From: Selaginella moellendorffii
Lineage: Eukaryota; Plantae; Lycopodiophyta
Assembly: GCF_000143415.4 (NCBI RefSeq)
Contig: NW_003314282.1
Location: forward strand, 221,700-285,699
DNA length: 64,000 bases
Reading direction: 5' to 3'
The position numbers and the translations under genes were made by a program. Below are positions 46,528-62,469 of this stretch, piece by piece (position 1 is the first letter of the stretch; every line of letters begins with the position of its first letter). Under the pieces are notes generated by a model. The model had not been told where the DNA came from. It made no database searches and was given only the letters and a program-made list of their open reading frames with translations.

Positions 46528-49500
46528 TCAAATCTTCCAGCTCGCTTCCAGCTGCGAGATTTGTCTTGCCGGACTAGCATAAAATCTCTGCAAAAGTGTC
46601 AGCACTGCTCTATAAACTTCACCGTCATGCTCTTTGGATGACCATGCTCTGTGATATCCCCTGCGCATTCAAAAGGATTACAACGGAATGGAAGAAGTTT
46701 GATTTACCATCGCCAAAGAGGATGCAATTCTTCCGGACACGGCAACTCGCTCAAGACAACTTTCAGCTCGTTATACATCTCGTCTGGAATCCACCGCTGA
46801 TTAGCATCATCCTCCCTTTCTGCATTATATGGTCAAGGATCGACAAAAATGAAAACAAAGTAGATTACCTCTAGAGAGGCTAGAGAGGCGAGAAAGAACC
46901 ACCAGCAGAACATTTACCAGGCCAGCCATTCCCGCGTCACCGTCGTAACTCACGGACAACAAAAGCCTGGGAAGCATCGGCTCGAAAGAAGGAAGGCAAG
47001 CTCTCTTAGCGTTCAAGTACGTGAAAAGAGACCACCAAGACGTAAAACCTCGTCGTTCGTTTTCTGGCACTGATCCGAGGATCACCGCAGACGAACACCA
47101 GCGGAAAAATACGGGAGCGATCGACTCGGTGCCATTTAATTCACTCGTTGCCCACCTCGTGATCGAGCAGAAGCTTTCGTGATCCTGAGATTCAGAAAAG
47201 AAGAGAATTCGTTTGCTAAGCTATAAAAGAAAAACGATGTTTACCTGTGCCTCACGCGCTTCAGGTGGTGGACATCGCAACAAGCACTCGAGCGCGCCGA
47301 GTCTAGTTTCCCTGTCGCTCAAGAAAGGTTCTGCTTGGACGCTTTGTGCTATGTCGTGCAGACATCGCCAGGACAAGTTGAAAGCCGACTGGTATTTGTT
47401 TCTTCGCTGTGAGAGCCTCAACGCGGTGTTTACGATTCGAAACAAAGGCTTGCCACACACGTCCCAGGACGTTGGAGTCACTGTGCTGACGAAATGGAGG
47501 AGCATTGACGCGACTTTTGAGAGCTCTTCAGTGCCCTCGGCGAGTAGAAGAGTTTCGATTCCCCTACTTGACAGAAGCAGCTCAATAACCTGCGATTATT
47601 GCTTGCTCTTAGAGCTGGCGACAAAAGCAAACTGTTCTTTTACCTGAAAAGACGATTTTGCATCTCCGTCCTCGGAATTGATAGATGGTGCACTCAAAGA
47701 GGTGATTGCTAAAGAAGCAAGCCACGAAAGCAGACCAGTGTTATTTATAAGGCTTTTCACAAACGAAGATATTGCAGCAGCTCTCCTTAAGACCTGTATA
47801 AAAAGCTGAGATGAGAATGAGTGAATTAAATTAACTTGCCTTCAAAGTCCATTGCTGAGCAGAGATATCTGCCATTGCCGACGTGCAAAAGCTCATCAGT
47901 ATCTCAGCTACAAACTGCCGACGATAGATAAGAGCGTCCGCCGATGAAACAAGCCCTGCAATCAGCAGCTTCACAATCCAGTTTCTCTCGCCGCGAGAAT
48001 TTGTGCTTCCGCTTGTAAACATAGTTTGGAAAAGAGGAATGGCCTGTGAGAAAATCAGCTCTGTTTAAATGAGTAAAAGAAGAAACAACACGTACCTGTA
48101 AATCTATGCTGGGGGATCGCAGTATAAACCGATTAACAACAACGTAGTTTGGACTTTCAGGATGCAATAAAATGCAGGAGGCTTCGGCTGCAAACAAAGA
48201 GATTACGGATGGTATCCGTTGCCATGGTTGACTGATAGCGTTCTTCATAAACACGAGCAGTGTGTTTATCTGGGACTTTCCTTTAAAACTCTGCACCTGT
48301 GATTCATAGAGAAAGAATTTAGAAAACAAGAAAGAACTCACAGGAACTGTACCTCAAGATGCGTGCTAAATGCCACGAGGAGCTCGTAGCCATATTTTCG
48401 CATGGCTTCCAAACTGGAGCTCATGCTCGCAAACGCAATCGCAAGGAAACCCGACCGTACAAACTCCTCAGCATCGATGCATCCCACAGAGAGAGCATGC
48501 ATTGCGAACGGCAAGATAAACGCTGGGTCGTAAACTTCCGCGTTCTCTTCTTGTCGAGAATCATCAAATACCTACGGGGCAACAAAAGCATAAATCTCCA
48601 AACCAGAGAAAACAATTTTACCTGGACAGTTTCTGGAGTCCACATGTCTCTCTTCATGGGAAAGTGCAACGCCGTGAGGCCACACATCCTCAGATTCAGC
48701 GCAAGATCCTCCTTGAACCTACGTTTTCGCATCTCCTCGAGGCTTTCCTGGACTAAATCTTCACCGCCACTCTCCGTCTTGTCTCTCCGCCTCTCCAGAG
48801 CAGCGTCACCCCAGAGATAATCCATCTCGCTCATTCCCGAGAACCCGTCACCTTCTGAAGTCTCGATCTCGTGCATCAAACAGAATATCTCCTGGTCGAG
48901 AGTGCTTAAAGTTGCACCATAGGCTACCAAGAGAAGCGATTCCAGCTCCATTGAAGTCTGCCTCGAAGCCTCCCCGACACTGAAGTGTTCTCTGTGACGA
49001 ACTCGGAACGCGTAGAGCACCCGCAGCAGTCTGACGATATGAAACCTCGCCTCTTCCTCCGAGACCGCGATTGGCACCTCACCCTCACTTCCCCGGTCGT
49101 TAAATAGCGAAAGAATTGACGGTATTTCAGTAAGCGCAGTGCCTCTCGCTTTACTCTTCGCCAGCAACGCCTGGACAAACTGCGAATGACCCGTCACGAA
49201 GTCCATAACGTCTGTAACCAGCTTGCGAATCTGTGCACCGTCCTCCGCTTTAAACATCTCCAGCAGCTTCACAAACACTCGTTGAAGCGCTCGCATTGCC
49301 TCGATCTTGCCAAACCTGAAGCGTAAAAGCGTCTTCGCCATCTTTTTGATCGACTTGTATACGAGCCCCGGGCTGGCAGCTAAAAGCCGCTCCACTGCGT
49401 CAGAGCAGGCGCCAAGGAGGCGTTCTTCGAGGAACACCAAACTTCTACTATCTTCACCTTGCTTGCCATCGAACTGCTTGTAGACCATAGCCATCGTTGA

Positions 49501-52500
49501 AAGAGAGACGGAGATGAATGTCAACGCCTCGGAAGTCGATGATTCATCACCCTGCTCGTGTTGAAGAAGTAGAATCCTCACCAAACTAGCTTTGGCAACC
49601 AGCCTGTTTGTCAAGCTTGGAAACGATGAGGCCGTGTCAAGCACCGTCGTATCGTGTAACAGTGAACGAAGTATACGAGACTTCTGCTTCGCTTGAAGAG
49701 GACGGATGTCAGCTGCTAGATCCAAGACGCTCACGCTGGTCGCGAGAAAAGACTTCTCATAGTGCTCTTCACCTTGATCCCAGACGCCGGAAGTAGTATC
49801 CCAGTCGATAAAACGCTTCGCGAGAAGATCACCGTAGACCTTGCTAAACTGAATGCCGATGTCTTCACTGCAGCCTTTGAAACTTCTGGAGTTCTCGAGA
49901 AAGTGCCGAGCCGCCGGTAGAAGTTGCAGAAGATCGCTTTCCGAGACATTAGATCCTTGCTCTGCTGTTTCCAAACTCAAGCCAGCCACCCGACGTCCAA
50001 ACTCCACCATCATCACCGGGTTCTCTCGCACGAGATGAGTGACAATCTCAGCTTTCACTCTGCTTGCGTTTCGCATGCTGCAGTGCAAGACTTCTACAGG
50101 TACGATCGCTGCCAGGAGTTTCGTTGGCAGAAGAACCTTCATAGCCATAAGGAGGCACGAACTCGCAATCTCCAGCGACGATACCATGGCAAGCTCGAGA
50201 GTTGCATTGAATATTTGAGCGAGCAGATCTCCATGACTTTCATACCACCGCCTGTCCTCCGATGAGTCTTGACACTTTTGAAAGCCAGTGCTCGAAAGAT
50301 AAAAGGCCACCTGCTGATACGAAACCATCTCGGGCAACGACGATTTTTCTCCGGACGTAGTTTTGGAAACCACTTTGCTTAGGACCGCATCCATGAGCCT
50401 CACGAACAAGTCCCGGTTGAGATACGGCGCCAGGGTCGAGATAAACAACAGTGATGCCGAAGGGACGACTTGTTTCCCTTCGGAAAGACTTTCTTCCAGC
50501 TCTGCGATGAATGTTTCCGTAGCTCGTTGAGTCAGAACCTCGCAATAACTACGTAAGGAGTCCCCGGAGTGTGATAACAAGAGTTCGAGCAAGAGAAGAA
50601 CGTGATAGTTTAGCGGATGTAGCGACTTCATAAAAGTTCCCATCATCTGTTTTAGCTCGTCATGGCCAGCTGAAGGACAGATTTTCCACTGAAGCTGCTC
50701 CTGAATTTGCGTCTCCTTTGATAGAAACTGGACACTGATCACGGGATGAGAGAAGACGTCTTTCGCTAGCTGCTCCATGTCACCCGGTTGTAGTCTCTGG
50801 CTCAAGGCTACCATTGCTCCCAGCAACTTAAAATGAGCGTCGTACTGCCTTGAACCCCGAGCATACTCGTCGTTGATACTATGCAAGAGCATTCGAATGG
50901 AAATTATAACGTCGGCGTCCGATAAGCGTGATATAGCTTCCAGCAGCATACTCTCCATCAGTGGGACGTTCAAGAACTTCCCATGGTTATAACACGCAGC
51001 CCGAAACAGGACCGTGAACGAGCACTGTCGAAGTAGAGAAGACAGTAAATGTACCTGGTGACCGTCGGTCTCCATAGAGCTCGGGTCCGCAGAAAACAAG
51101 TCTGGCACCTCGGATAAAACTTCAGGATATGCTCCAATAAGAGACATAAGAACTGTAAAATCACCGGCGAAGGTAGCGTTGAATACTTCCAGGAGCTGGT
51201 GAAAATTCGCGATGAGCTCCGTAGGATGAACGCAATACAAAGACCTTGCAAACGCAAAGGCTTTGACGGCGCTTGGAGTAGACTCGTCTTCGCGGCACGT
51301 TTCCAAGAGATCTTGCAACTTGCTAAACGAACAAGTTTCCCTCCGGCAAACACTCTTCTTTCTTCCCGAAACAAAAGTAGCCGCAAGTGAACGCAGCAAC
51401 AGTTTCAGCGCAGTCCACTCGCACGCATTTGGGTCACAGTTGCTGCTCAGCATTGACGTGATAACCATGGCCAAACTGCGAGGGTACACCTATGTCGATC
51501 AACGCTTTAGCTACATCAAAAAGTAAAACAAAGAACAAGGACCAACCTGAGAATGTAAAAGCAAATCTAAAACATTCGCGAGGTAAGCTGATATAGCTGC
51601 CTTTTGAGGTATCTTTAAGCTCTTGGCCTCAGGACGGGCAAGACGCACGAACGCATCCAATGAGCAGACAACCAAAGGTCCAAATTCATCACCTAGAGAA
51701 CAGAAACTTAGCAGTAAGTACACGTTTCAAAGCAAAGCAGTGGCTTACCCACCAGTTCCTTTCGTGAGTAGAGAATGCAGCTGGTCCATATACTTGTAGA
51801 GGTTTCTCCCGACGTTCAGCACCAGGTCACACAGGAACGTAGCGATGGTCTCGTCCAAGCTACCATTCGGCCAACCAGGCAAGTTGTGAAGCCAAACCGA
51901 GATCTCGTACGGGTTGTTTTCAAACGCACCAGTGCTGAGCAAGGCTTCGTCCAGAAGAACGTGAGCTTTCTGGCGTAACTCAACGGTTTTCAAGCTTACC
52001 ACTAGCCTGGTCAGCAGCTTGAAACTCGTGTAAAGACCATCCCCCAGCGCGCCTGAGCGTCTTGCTGACAGCAACAGTGCCACAAGAGAGTGCTGCTGAG
52101 ACGAACTAAGGCACTTCGCGTCCTCTGGTACGAACTTGAGAGGATCGAAGTTGATGTCTCTTAGCGCAAGAGGCAGAACAACCTACAGTATGCACGTCAA
52201 TTACCAAGTAAAATGGAAAGCATTTGTTTACCAAGTACGCACGGAAGACATCGAGTAGCTTAGCTTGCAAGAAGGTCGTGCCATCTTCTTCTTCGGCAAA
52301 GTCTTCTCCCCATATCTCCTTCAATCTTGTCAAGCTTGCTTCCTTGTGCTCAAGCTTGACTGCGATGCCGCTGGAAGATTTCAACCTCTTCTTCACGCCA
52401 TCTTCATGAGAATCGTCGCGTTTCCTCTTGGAGCCTGTGGTGCTTTTAAACGAGAAATGCACAGATACCAGAGTCTGACCATCTGGTAAGACCGTCCTCG

Positions 52501-54141
52501 CCTTGTCTTGGATGTAGGTTCCAAGTTTCATCCAATCTTCTGAAAACTCGGAGCCTTGTCGTCTACTTTGTATGGCTTGCAGCAGCCTCTCCAGCACCGC
52601 AAGTACTTCCAGCAACAGCTTCAAACAGGCATGCGTCACCATACTGTCGTCGTGAAGAAGGGCCCTGTTGACCAATGGCCGTGAAAACGCTTGCGGCAAA
52701 ACCCGACGAAGGCAGCTCTGCACTACAGACGATTCAGTTGACGGAGGTGCCGTTCCAGAGTATCTGTCGAATGGTGTTTCGGCATTTGCGATTCTCACCA
52801 AGGAAGATACGAGCGACATAGCCGAGAACCTGGAAGACGAGAAAGCAAAAGATACTCCAGTTAGAACGAAGACAATCCATAAAAGCGATTACTCTACCAG
52901 GTTGTAGACGTCCGAGGTTCCAAAGAATAAGGAAACGCATCAATGTAAGCAGCCGCTAGCAGTGGCCTGGCATTTGCAATAGCGAGTAGAAGCTCCCTGT
53001 GAGTATCCAGCTCTGAGGCCTTGAGCTTCAGCATTAACCTGAGCAATCTCCCGGAACCACCTCCATACTGTCCACTACTCTTTTGAAACTCGTCCCACGA
53101 AGAACCACTGGGACAAATCCCATGCCTCGGATCCGTGCAAACCGCCAGGAGAATTTCCTGCGCGACATCCACTGCTTCCGATGGCCTCTCTCGAGCAGTA
53201 ATCTTCTGGAGCTGCTCCAAGGAAGCATCACCAAAGAGAGCCACTTGGATGCCTTGCGGTACCAAAGAAGAAGCGTGTAGCACCTTTCGCTTGAAAATGG
53301 AGAGCACGCGAGTGACTGTGTCGTCGTCATCGCTCGCGAGGCCGTGGAGAACTCCAGCGTAGAGGACGCGTTTCTGGAGAATCCACCTGAGCAGACCTGG
53401 ATCCCCCGCCACCAAGAACGACAGAGCGAAATCGATGAAGAAAGCTCGAGTTGGAAGCTTGAGAGTGTTGTCACCTTTGGAAGAAGAAGACGAAGCGATC
53501 GAGGATTGCTGCTTGCTCTTGGCTGGATTCCTGGCGAGTTTCTTCAGAGCTTCCAGCGAGAAATCAAACTTGGACGCTACCTGCTTGGCGATAAGCTTCC
53601 CTCGCGACACGATCGCCGACATGAGACACAGAGCACCGTTCTCTCGACTCCTCTGCCCCGACGAGAGATGCGAGTAGACATCGCTGAGCTTCGTTTGCAC
53701 GATCCACAGCGCGAATTTGTCGAGCCTGAGCTGCACTGCCAGCGATCTCTTCCCTTCCTCCCCATCTCTGGAAGAACAAGAGCTCGATCTCTCTCTCAAT
53801 CCCGCCGGGTGCCGAAATACCTCGGCAAGAACCACGAGAGTGGACACGGCAATGCGAGCTTTGGGCCCGGCCTCGATCGCATTCTTGAGCTCCACGCATT
53901 TGGGAGACGCGAGCACATAATCTACCAAGAACTCACCCCCGCCATCGCCATCGCCATCGCTCTGGAGGATCCTGCGCATTCTCCCCAGGGCCGATGATTG
54001 CTGCTCCTCGGCCTTGGACGACAATCCCATCACCACTTCCAGCATCTGGTTGCTCACCATCCCTGTCACGACCCCGTCCATCACCGGTCGCTGTATTCCC
54101 TGCTGCGCAATCCCCTCCCCCTCCTCTTCGTCGTCCTCCAT
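46528..54141 (-). CDS. URB1: Nucleolar pre-ribosomal-associated protein 1 (URB1/Npa1), multi-exon
   Basis: Npa1-like N-terminus (VASKFDFSL...TRAFFIDFALSFL...GLASDDDDTV...LFGDASLEQL), LLLVAYGATLSTLDQEI, SFKGKSQI...KNAISQPWQRIPSVISLFAAEAS, ERNWIVKLLIAGL...IYRRQFVAEILMSF. Terminal exons ELPCPEELHPLWRW|GYHRAW...SWKI* end at 46528. Confidence 0.9.
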
Positions 54142-54147
54142 TGCCTA

Positions 54148-54155
54148 AAACCCTA
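54148..54155. promoter_or_regulatory. Telo-box (AAACCCTA) immediately 5' of the URB1 start; inverse TTAGGGTT at 54165-54172
   Basis: Exact motif. Telo-boxes are typical of plant ribosome-biogenesis genes. Function not demonstrated. Confidence 0.45.
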
Positions 54156-54488
54156 GACCACAGTTTAGGGTTCTAAGAAGTTAAAGATTGAGGCTATTCA
54201 CATTGTCTAACCATTGGGATGAATTACCTTCTTGCTTTCAGGGACTCGTTCCACCGTGACCAGCGCTCGCTGGTTTCACTCCTCACGAAGGTCACACAGT
54301 GGCTACTCCAGCGTTGGCACGAGTCCTCCACTCTTTGGAGACCGCATAGGTGTGCTTCATCTCCCAATCCGCATTGCGGCATGTCCCGGTTGCCAATCAA
54401 GGAGGCGATGGTTTCATGTTTACTTTGATTTCTTCACTAGAGATGCGCCATCCTCCAAAGGGATCCAACTTCGTCACCTTTGGCCTGA

Positions 54489-54912
54489 ACAGATTATTCG
54501 GTTGGCGGTGGTGCCGTTCCATTCGGCATTTGCAATTATCACCAAGGAAGATACCAGCGACTTAGCCGAGAACCTGAAAAACGAGAAAGCAAAAGAAGCT
54601 TGAGAGTGTTGTCACCTTTGCTTGCTCTCGCCTGGATTCCTGGCGAGTTCTCCAGCGAGAAATCGAACTTGGATTATAAGCCTCCCTCCCGACACGATCG
54701 GGCACAGAGCGCCATTCGCTCGGCTCCTCTGCCCCAAGCGAGTAGACATTGCTCAGCTTCGCTTGCGCGATACAGAGGGCGAATTTGAGCTGTTCCGAAA
54801 ATCCCGACCTCTCTTTCAATCCGAACTTCCTCGGCGAGATTCGATCGCATTCTTGAGCCTCACGCATTTTGCGAGCACATAATCGCCATCGCCATCCTTC
54901 GCATTCTCCCTA
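54489..54912 (-). pseudogene. Deletion-riddled partial duplicate of URB1 exon 1/intron 1/exon 2
   Basis: Colinear blocks match about 52725-52852 (ggtgccgttcc...tcaccaaggaagatac.agcgac.tagccgagaacctg) and about 53455-53990 (agcttgagagtgttgtcacctttg, tggattcctggcgagtt, tcgatcgcattcttgag, gcgagcacataatc). Confidence 0.85.
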
Positions 54913-54985
54913 GCAATTTGTTAACATATTCTGCGTAGATTCTCTGCTATATCATTTTAAGGTTTAGGTCTTGCCTGACAGAGAC

Positions 54986-56362
54986 ATGGAACGAAACAGT
55001 ATTAAGAATGCTAAGAATGTCAAGTGTGCAATAGATCAGCTGCCGGATGAAGTTCTCGCTGAAATTCTATCTCGGGTGAGTAACAAGTGTGGGGAGGATG
55101 GAAACTATGCTGGCTATTGCTTAGTTTGTAAGAGGTGGAACGGTGTTGGTAAGAAGGTTGGACTGGATGTGTCAATCGATTTGAGCCCACTGCTTTATAA
55201 GGAGTTGCAGGCTTGGCAAGGAATGCGTCTCAAACTGGGTCGGATCCGGACGCTCACCATCGACAAGTATCACTGGCACTTGCACAACGATTACTCGTGG
55301 CTAGCAGGTTTAAGCAAGTGCCTCGAGGAGATTACGATCGATGGTGGCCCGCTGGAACTTGTTGAGCACTTCTTTGATCTCGAGTGTCTTTCCAAGTGTT
55401 CCAAGCTCAAATACATGTCTGTAGCCAGAGTTGATGTTCGTAAGGTCAACTATGGGGACCCAGAGAGGACGTTAGCGGTGTCGTTCCCGGCACTCACTTG
55501 CTGTATCCTCAAGAGGGTCACTGGTGTTAATCTTCAGCAGCTACTGGGTTCTTGTCCAAGGCTAGAAAGGCTGGAGGCGGAGATGTATGCGTTCAATGGG
55601 TTACTGTGCTCGGCGAGCTTGAGAGAGTTGAGGCTGGAGGCAGAAGCTGGCGGAGATTTCGAGTTGGACTTTCCAGATCTGGAGGCTGCCTTTGTAGGTG
55701 ATTGCAAGAAGCTGGAGCTGAAAGCTCCACGTCTCAAACGTCTCTCGCTTGGTTGTTGCCAAGAGCTCGTTAGCTTGGACGTAGGCAGCCCATTGCAGAG
55801 CCTGGAGCTCTACAGCTCGTCTGGATTTCGAACGGCTGCAGCTGTGGACAAGAGACACTTTGAGTGCCTCAGGCTGAAAACCCATGGATCGGTGACAGGA
55901 GGATATTGTGCGCACAAGGTGGCCAAGGAAATATTGGTACTGCCGCAGATGAGGGAATGCAAGGAGCTGACTATAAGTGGATGCCGTTGTCACCTGTGGA
56001 AGTGTTCCAAGACGGATCAGTTGATCTACAGCCATGAGAGAGCAGTGTCCATCTCTTACAAGCTAAGGAAAATCTGCATTGAAGACAACAAAGACTCAGT
56101 GTTGGGGAGAGAGCTGGAGGAGATGTTGGCCACACTTGTCAAGCAGTGTCCAGCATTAGAAGCTCTTGAAGTGGCGGGGGCTCCTGATGAACAACTTCTA
56201 AGCAAGTTGAGGGTGTCCTCGAGCTCCACTCCTCATTCAAGGCAGGACTGTTTGGACACAGGGGTGCAATCCAGGAGATGTTTGGACACACAAGTCCATG
56301 TTTCCAAGCTGAGAATAAGATTGCTCAGAGACTCAACTCCAGAAGCTATTTCCTGCGATTAA
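54986..56362 (+). CDS. F-box/LRR (RNI-like) protein, intronless
   Basis: IDQLPDEVLAEILSRV...CLVCKRW F-box, then SFPALTCCIL, LLGSCPRLERL, LKAPRLKRLSL, LVKQCPALEALEV. First ATG at 54986. Confidence 0.85.
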   Translation: MERNSIKNAKNVKCAIDQLPDEVLAEILSRVSNKCGEDGNYAGYCLVCKRWNGVGKKVGLDVSIDLSPLLYKELQAWQGMRLKLGRIRTLTIDKYHWHLHNDYSWLAGLSKCLEEITIDGGPLELVEHFFDLECLSKCSKLKYMSVARVDVRKVNYGDPERTLAVSFPALTCCILKRVTGVNLQQLLGSCPRLERLEAEMYAFNGLLCSASLRELRLEAEAGGDFELDFPDLEAAFVGDCKKLELKAPRLKRLSLGCCQELVSLDVGSPLQSLELYSSSGFRTAAAVDKRHFECLRLKTHGSVTGGYCAHKVAKEILVLPQMRECKELTISGCRCHLWKCSKTDQLIYSHERAVSISYKLRKICIEDNKDSVLGRELEEMLATLVKQCPALEALEVAGAPDEQLLSKLRVSSSSTPHSRQDCLDTGVQSRRCLDTQVHVSKLRIRLLRDSTPEAISCD

Positions 56363-57489
56363 GACTGGTTGTAATTAGCAAGCACACATACACACACAAC
56401 AACTCCAAATGTAAAAAACCGCGGTTTGTTTATAATTAGTGTTTTTGTATTTTTGGGATATACCTGAATATCCATAAGAAATTATAATTTTTTTATAATT
56501 TTTAATCCAAGAAAATTTGGATTAGTAGTCTAAATATAGTTTTTCTTTTATCTTTACCACAATTTTCTTTTATACTCTTCCTTAAATTAAGATCGATGGG
56601 AAGATTAACAATTGTACCTAGACTTTTAACCTCTACTTTTTATTTCTTTATTTAGTTCCTTGTTTGATGCTTACTTTGGAAAACACTCTCCACAACTTTT
56701 GGGAAAAAACCAAAGCAATTTTAGTAGAAATGACATAATATTTTTGGCCATCTAGAATGGATATGGTTATTTTAAATTCTATTATCACAATGCATATGAG
56801 AGATTGCTACAAATCATCATGCTCCATGAGATAATGTTATTTTCTTCTAGTTTGTCAAAAACTTTTTTCATGTTAAGAGCATTCCAATCTCTTCCATACA
56901 AGATAGCTAGATTAATGAAGAACACTTTAATGCCATTTTTAAGGAAATTTTACTACAAGATATACTTAAAGTTTACAATTAGTATTTAATTAAAATAAAA
57001 AGTTAAGGCTAGTATTCATTAGAAAATTCTTATAAGAAAATGATATATATTAGAATATTCCTTTTCCAACGGAAACCAAGCATTCCTGGTATAAGGCAGC
57101 AAATTATTACTATAGTTTTAAAATTGGTTTACAATAACATTATTCATTAACTTTCTTCTAAACTTTAGATTTTAGAAAAAAATCTGAAGTACTCATTCGT
57201 AATGAGTAAGGTAAAGTTTAAGCTCTATTTTATTAATAAAAAAGTTTATTTTCTCGTAAGTTTTTCATGAATTGACAAAACCATTTTCATGGTTCTTTCA
57301 TGTTGTCCATGCTTCTGGATGCATAAACTCTCTAGATTGCATGACAAAAAGAAACGAGTGTAAGTTCTTGCAAGTGAGGATAACATTAGGAAGGAATCAT
57401 ACCTTGTTTATATTACTGCTTTCTTATGCATTGCCACGAGCTGTGGTCAGTCATGACCAGCACTGCAACTGTGGCCTCGCTTGGTCTTG

Positions 57490-57720
57490 CCATGGTCAGC
57501 CTATGGCTTTGGCTATGGCACTAGCAAGCACTGGCTTAGCTGCGGCCCTGGCCCCATGGCCAGCCTTGCTTGGAGAAAATTTCTGCATGTCTTGAATTTG
57601 CCCGCACTGGGCAAATGCTGTGATCATCGCATTTGCCGCTCCAATCCGCGAGAATATACCCTTTTCCGGCAAGATGATTCGTCGAGAGGTTTCCATGTAG
57701 GTAGTAGGAGCCATCAATAT
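57490..57720 (-). pseudogene. Short PLS-PPR remnant
   Basis: SRRI...NAMITAFAQCGQIQD matches the repeat consensus of the PPR genes in this window. Confidence 0.5.
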
Positions 57721-57783
57721 GGAATATATGATAAAAATCTAAAAGTATCTAAAAGGATATGCCTCTAGGGCAAGAATTATCCT

Positions 57784-57838
57784 GGGCGGGAATGTGAGGA
57801 CAATCTGGGGCGTGAATGTGAGGACAATCTGGGGCGTG
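57784..57838. repeat. 24-bp tandem repeat (about 2.3 copies) upstream of the subtilase
   Basis: gggcg(g/t)gaatgtgaggacaatctg repeated. Confidence 0.85.
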
Positions 57839-58116
57839 GCGTGCTGTTCGTGGATCGCGATTCTCCAACAGCCGGATCATCTTGGTATGCGTCTAGTTAC
57901 GGCCGATCAAAGTCGTCTGAATCGTGTCTTCCTTTTGGATTGATGCCCACGGATCGTTTTCGATTGTGTCGCATGCTATTAAACGAAGATGGGGATTTCC
58001 AGCCCCCCGACTGTGACTAGCGCACCGATCGATGGAAGGAAGGCTTTCTTACGCTGCTTCTTTCCGGGCTATAAAATGGGCAGGCACGGCCAGTGCTTGG
58101 TATCAGATCGAGCAGC

Positions 58117-60921
<2,805 letters not shown>

Positions 60922-61108
60922 AGATTAAATTATAGATATAAACTTTGGTTATATGTTTTAACCTATAATCATACTAATGTGAATAATAATAATAATAATT
61001 ATTATTATAGTTAGAAGGGCCTCAAGAACTTGATATGCTATTTGTTAAGGTGAGCATTCTCACCATATAAAGAAAAAACCAAACAAGATCAGTCAAGTGA
61101 AATTTTGT

Positions 61109-61180
61109 TGGAGATACAGGTATCGATCCTGGTGCCTCTCGCATGCTAAGCGAGCGCTCTACCATGTGAGCTACATCCCC
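61109..61180 (-). tRNA. trnA-AGC: tRNA-Ala(AGC), 72 nt, T-stem one base short (possible pseudo-tRNA)
   Basis: GGGGATGTAGCTCACATGGTAGAGCGCTCGCTTAGCATGCGAGAGGCACCAGGATCGATACCTGTATCTCCA; G3:U70 present. Confidence 0.8.
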
Positions 61181-61519
61181 TTAACACAAAGATGAAAATG
61201 AGCTTTCATTCATCATTTCCAGATGGAAAGTTAAAGTGGGCTGGTGGATCTGACGAAATCTCGGTTTCGCTTCACAACTTAACCTGGTTGGAGCTTGGAC
61301 GAGACCACCAATTGCAAGTGCTACGCTCCTCAAGAAAAATCTCTACGAGTATATGCATCCTTTACTCAAGAAAGGATGAAATGTGTACTGATTGCTAAGT
61401 TGGTGTTCTAGCTTAAAGATACCTTAAAAGACAGCTAATTGGAGCAAGTTTATCCGTGGAGCCAGATTTATTTTCTGAAGGTGTCGCTGGGATCGATCAC
61501 GAGCGGAGAAGAGATCGAT

Positions 61520-62060
61520 CGCATCAAGAGATCAATTCACATTGTGACAGGGTTCCCACGTCCCGAATATGCCCGTTCTGGGATGATGCTGTCAGAATTG
61601 CTATCCAGGAGGCGAGATTCCTTTCTCCGAAAGATGCCCTTCCTGGGCAAATGCGTGAATCGCGGACGTCCACGTGTAAACATCTCTCTCCTTCATTTTG
61701 GCAAGAGTCTCTCCTGCACAGGCGATGTGCTGGATTTCCGCGAGCAAAGACGACACCGCTCAGGCAAAGAGCGCCTTCCAGATGCCCGTGAGAGGCATAT
61801 GCTGCAAAGCATGGCATTTCTAGGCAAGAGTCGATTATTCGTTTCCTCTACTCGGGCAGCTAAGCAGCAAGCGTTGAGCATCGCGCGATGGGCATCTGGA
61901 GGATGCGAAGAGTATTTATTCTCCTCCACACACACTCGTGGCACACACTCGGCGCCGAGCTCCCAGGCAGCCGGACTGGCAGCATCGTGGTGCTGGAGAC
62001 GAGGCAGTGCCAGTGCTCGAATCGCATCCGCACGGCAGCGTCGATCGTTCCACATCTTTT
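61520..62060 (-). pseudogene. Deletion-riddled PLS-PPR pseudogene
   Basis: Fragments in shifting frames: CGTIDAA, NAML-AAYASHGHLEGA, ETLAKMKERDVYTWTSAIHAFAQEGHL, NLASWIAILTASSQNGHIRD. Confidence 0.75.
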
Positions 62061-62162
62061 TTAGTTTTGGTCAACCCTAAAATTACACCTGGTATGGCAA
62101 GAGTTTTTTTACTGAATTGCTGGTTGAAAACCCCTTAATTAGCGTAAAGAATTTTGACGGCA

Positions 62163-62390
62163 TTTCTTTCCGGCTAGCCTATCAGCATGGAAACTTCAGC
62201 ACGATTTCTTTCTGCTGTGTTTATCCTTCTCGCCCGATCAGTGGATCGACCGATAGATAGATGGTCATAGATAGTGCATAGATAGTTGTGATGCAATGTT
62301 TACCTCGTAATTCTTCTCGTTCTCATGATCTCCTCGATACTCATCACAACTTGCTTGCGACGGTTTTTTACGAGTACATGCTTTGTTCAT
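62163..62390 (+). pseudogene. Degenerate duplicate of the subtilase 5' end (leader, exon 1, intron 1, exon 2)
   Basis: cagcatggaa...tttctttctgctg.gtttatcctt.tcgcccga...tcatagatagtgc...gatctcctcga.ac.ca.cacaacttgct.gcgacggtttt matches about 58055-58370. Confidence 0.85.
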
Positions 62391-62469
62391 CTTCCTTTCT
62401 CCTTTCTTCTGACATTGGTTTGCAAGCAATCTTCTTTTCTTGGAAACATGGGCCTGTACATCACATCTC

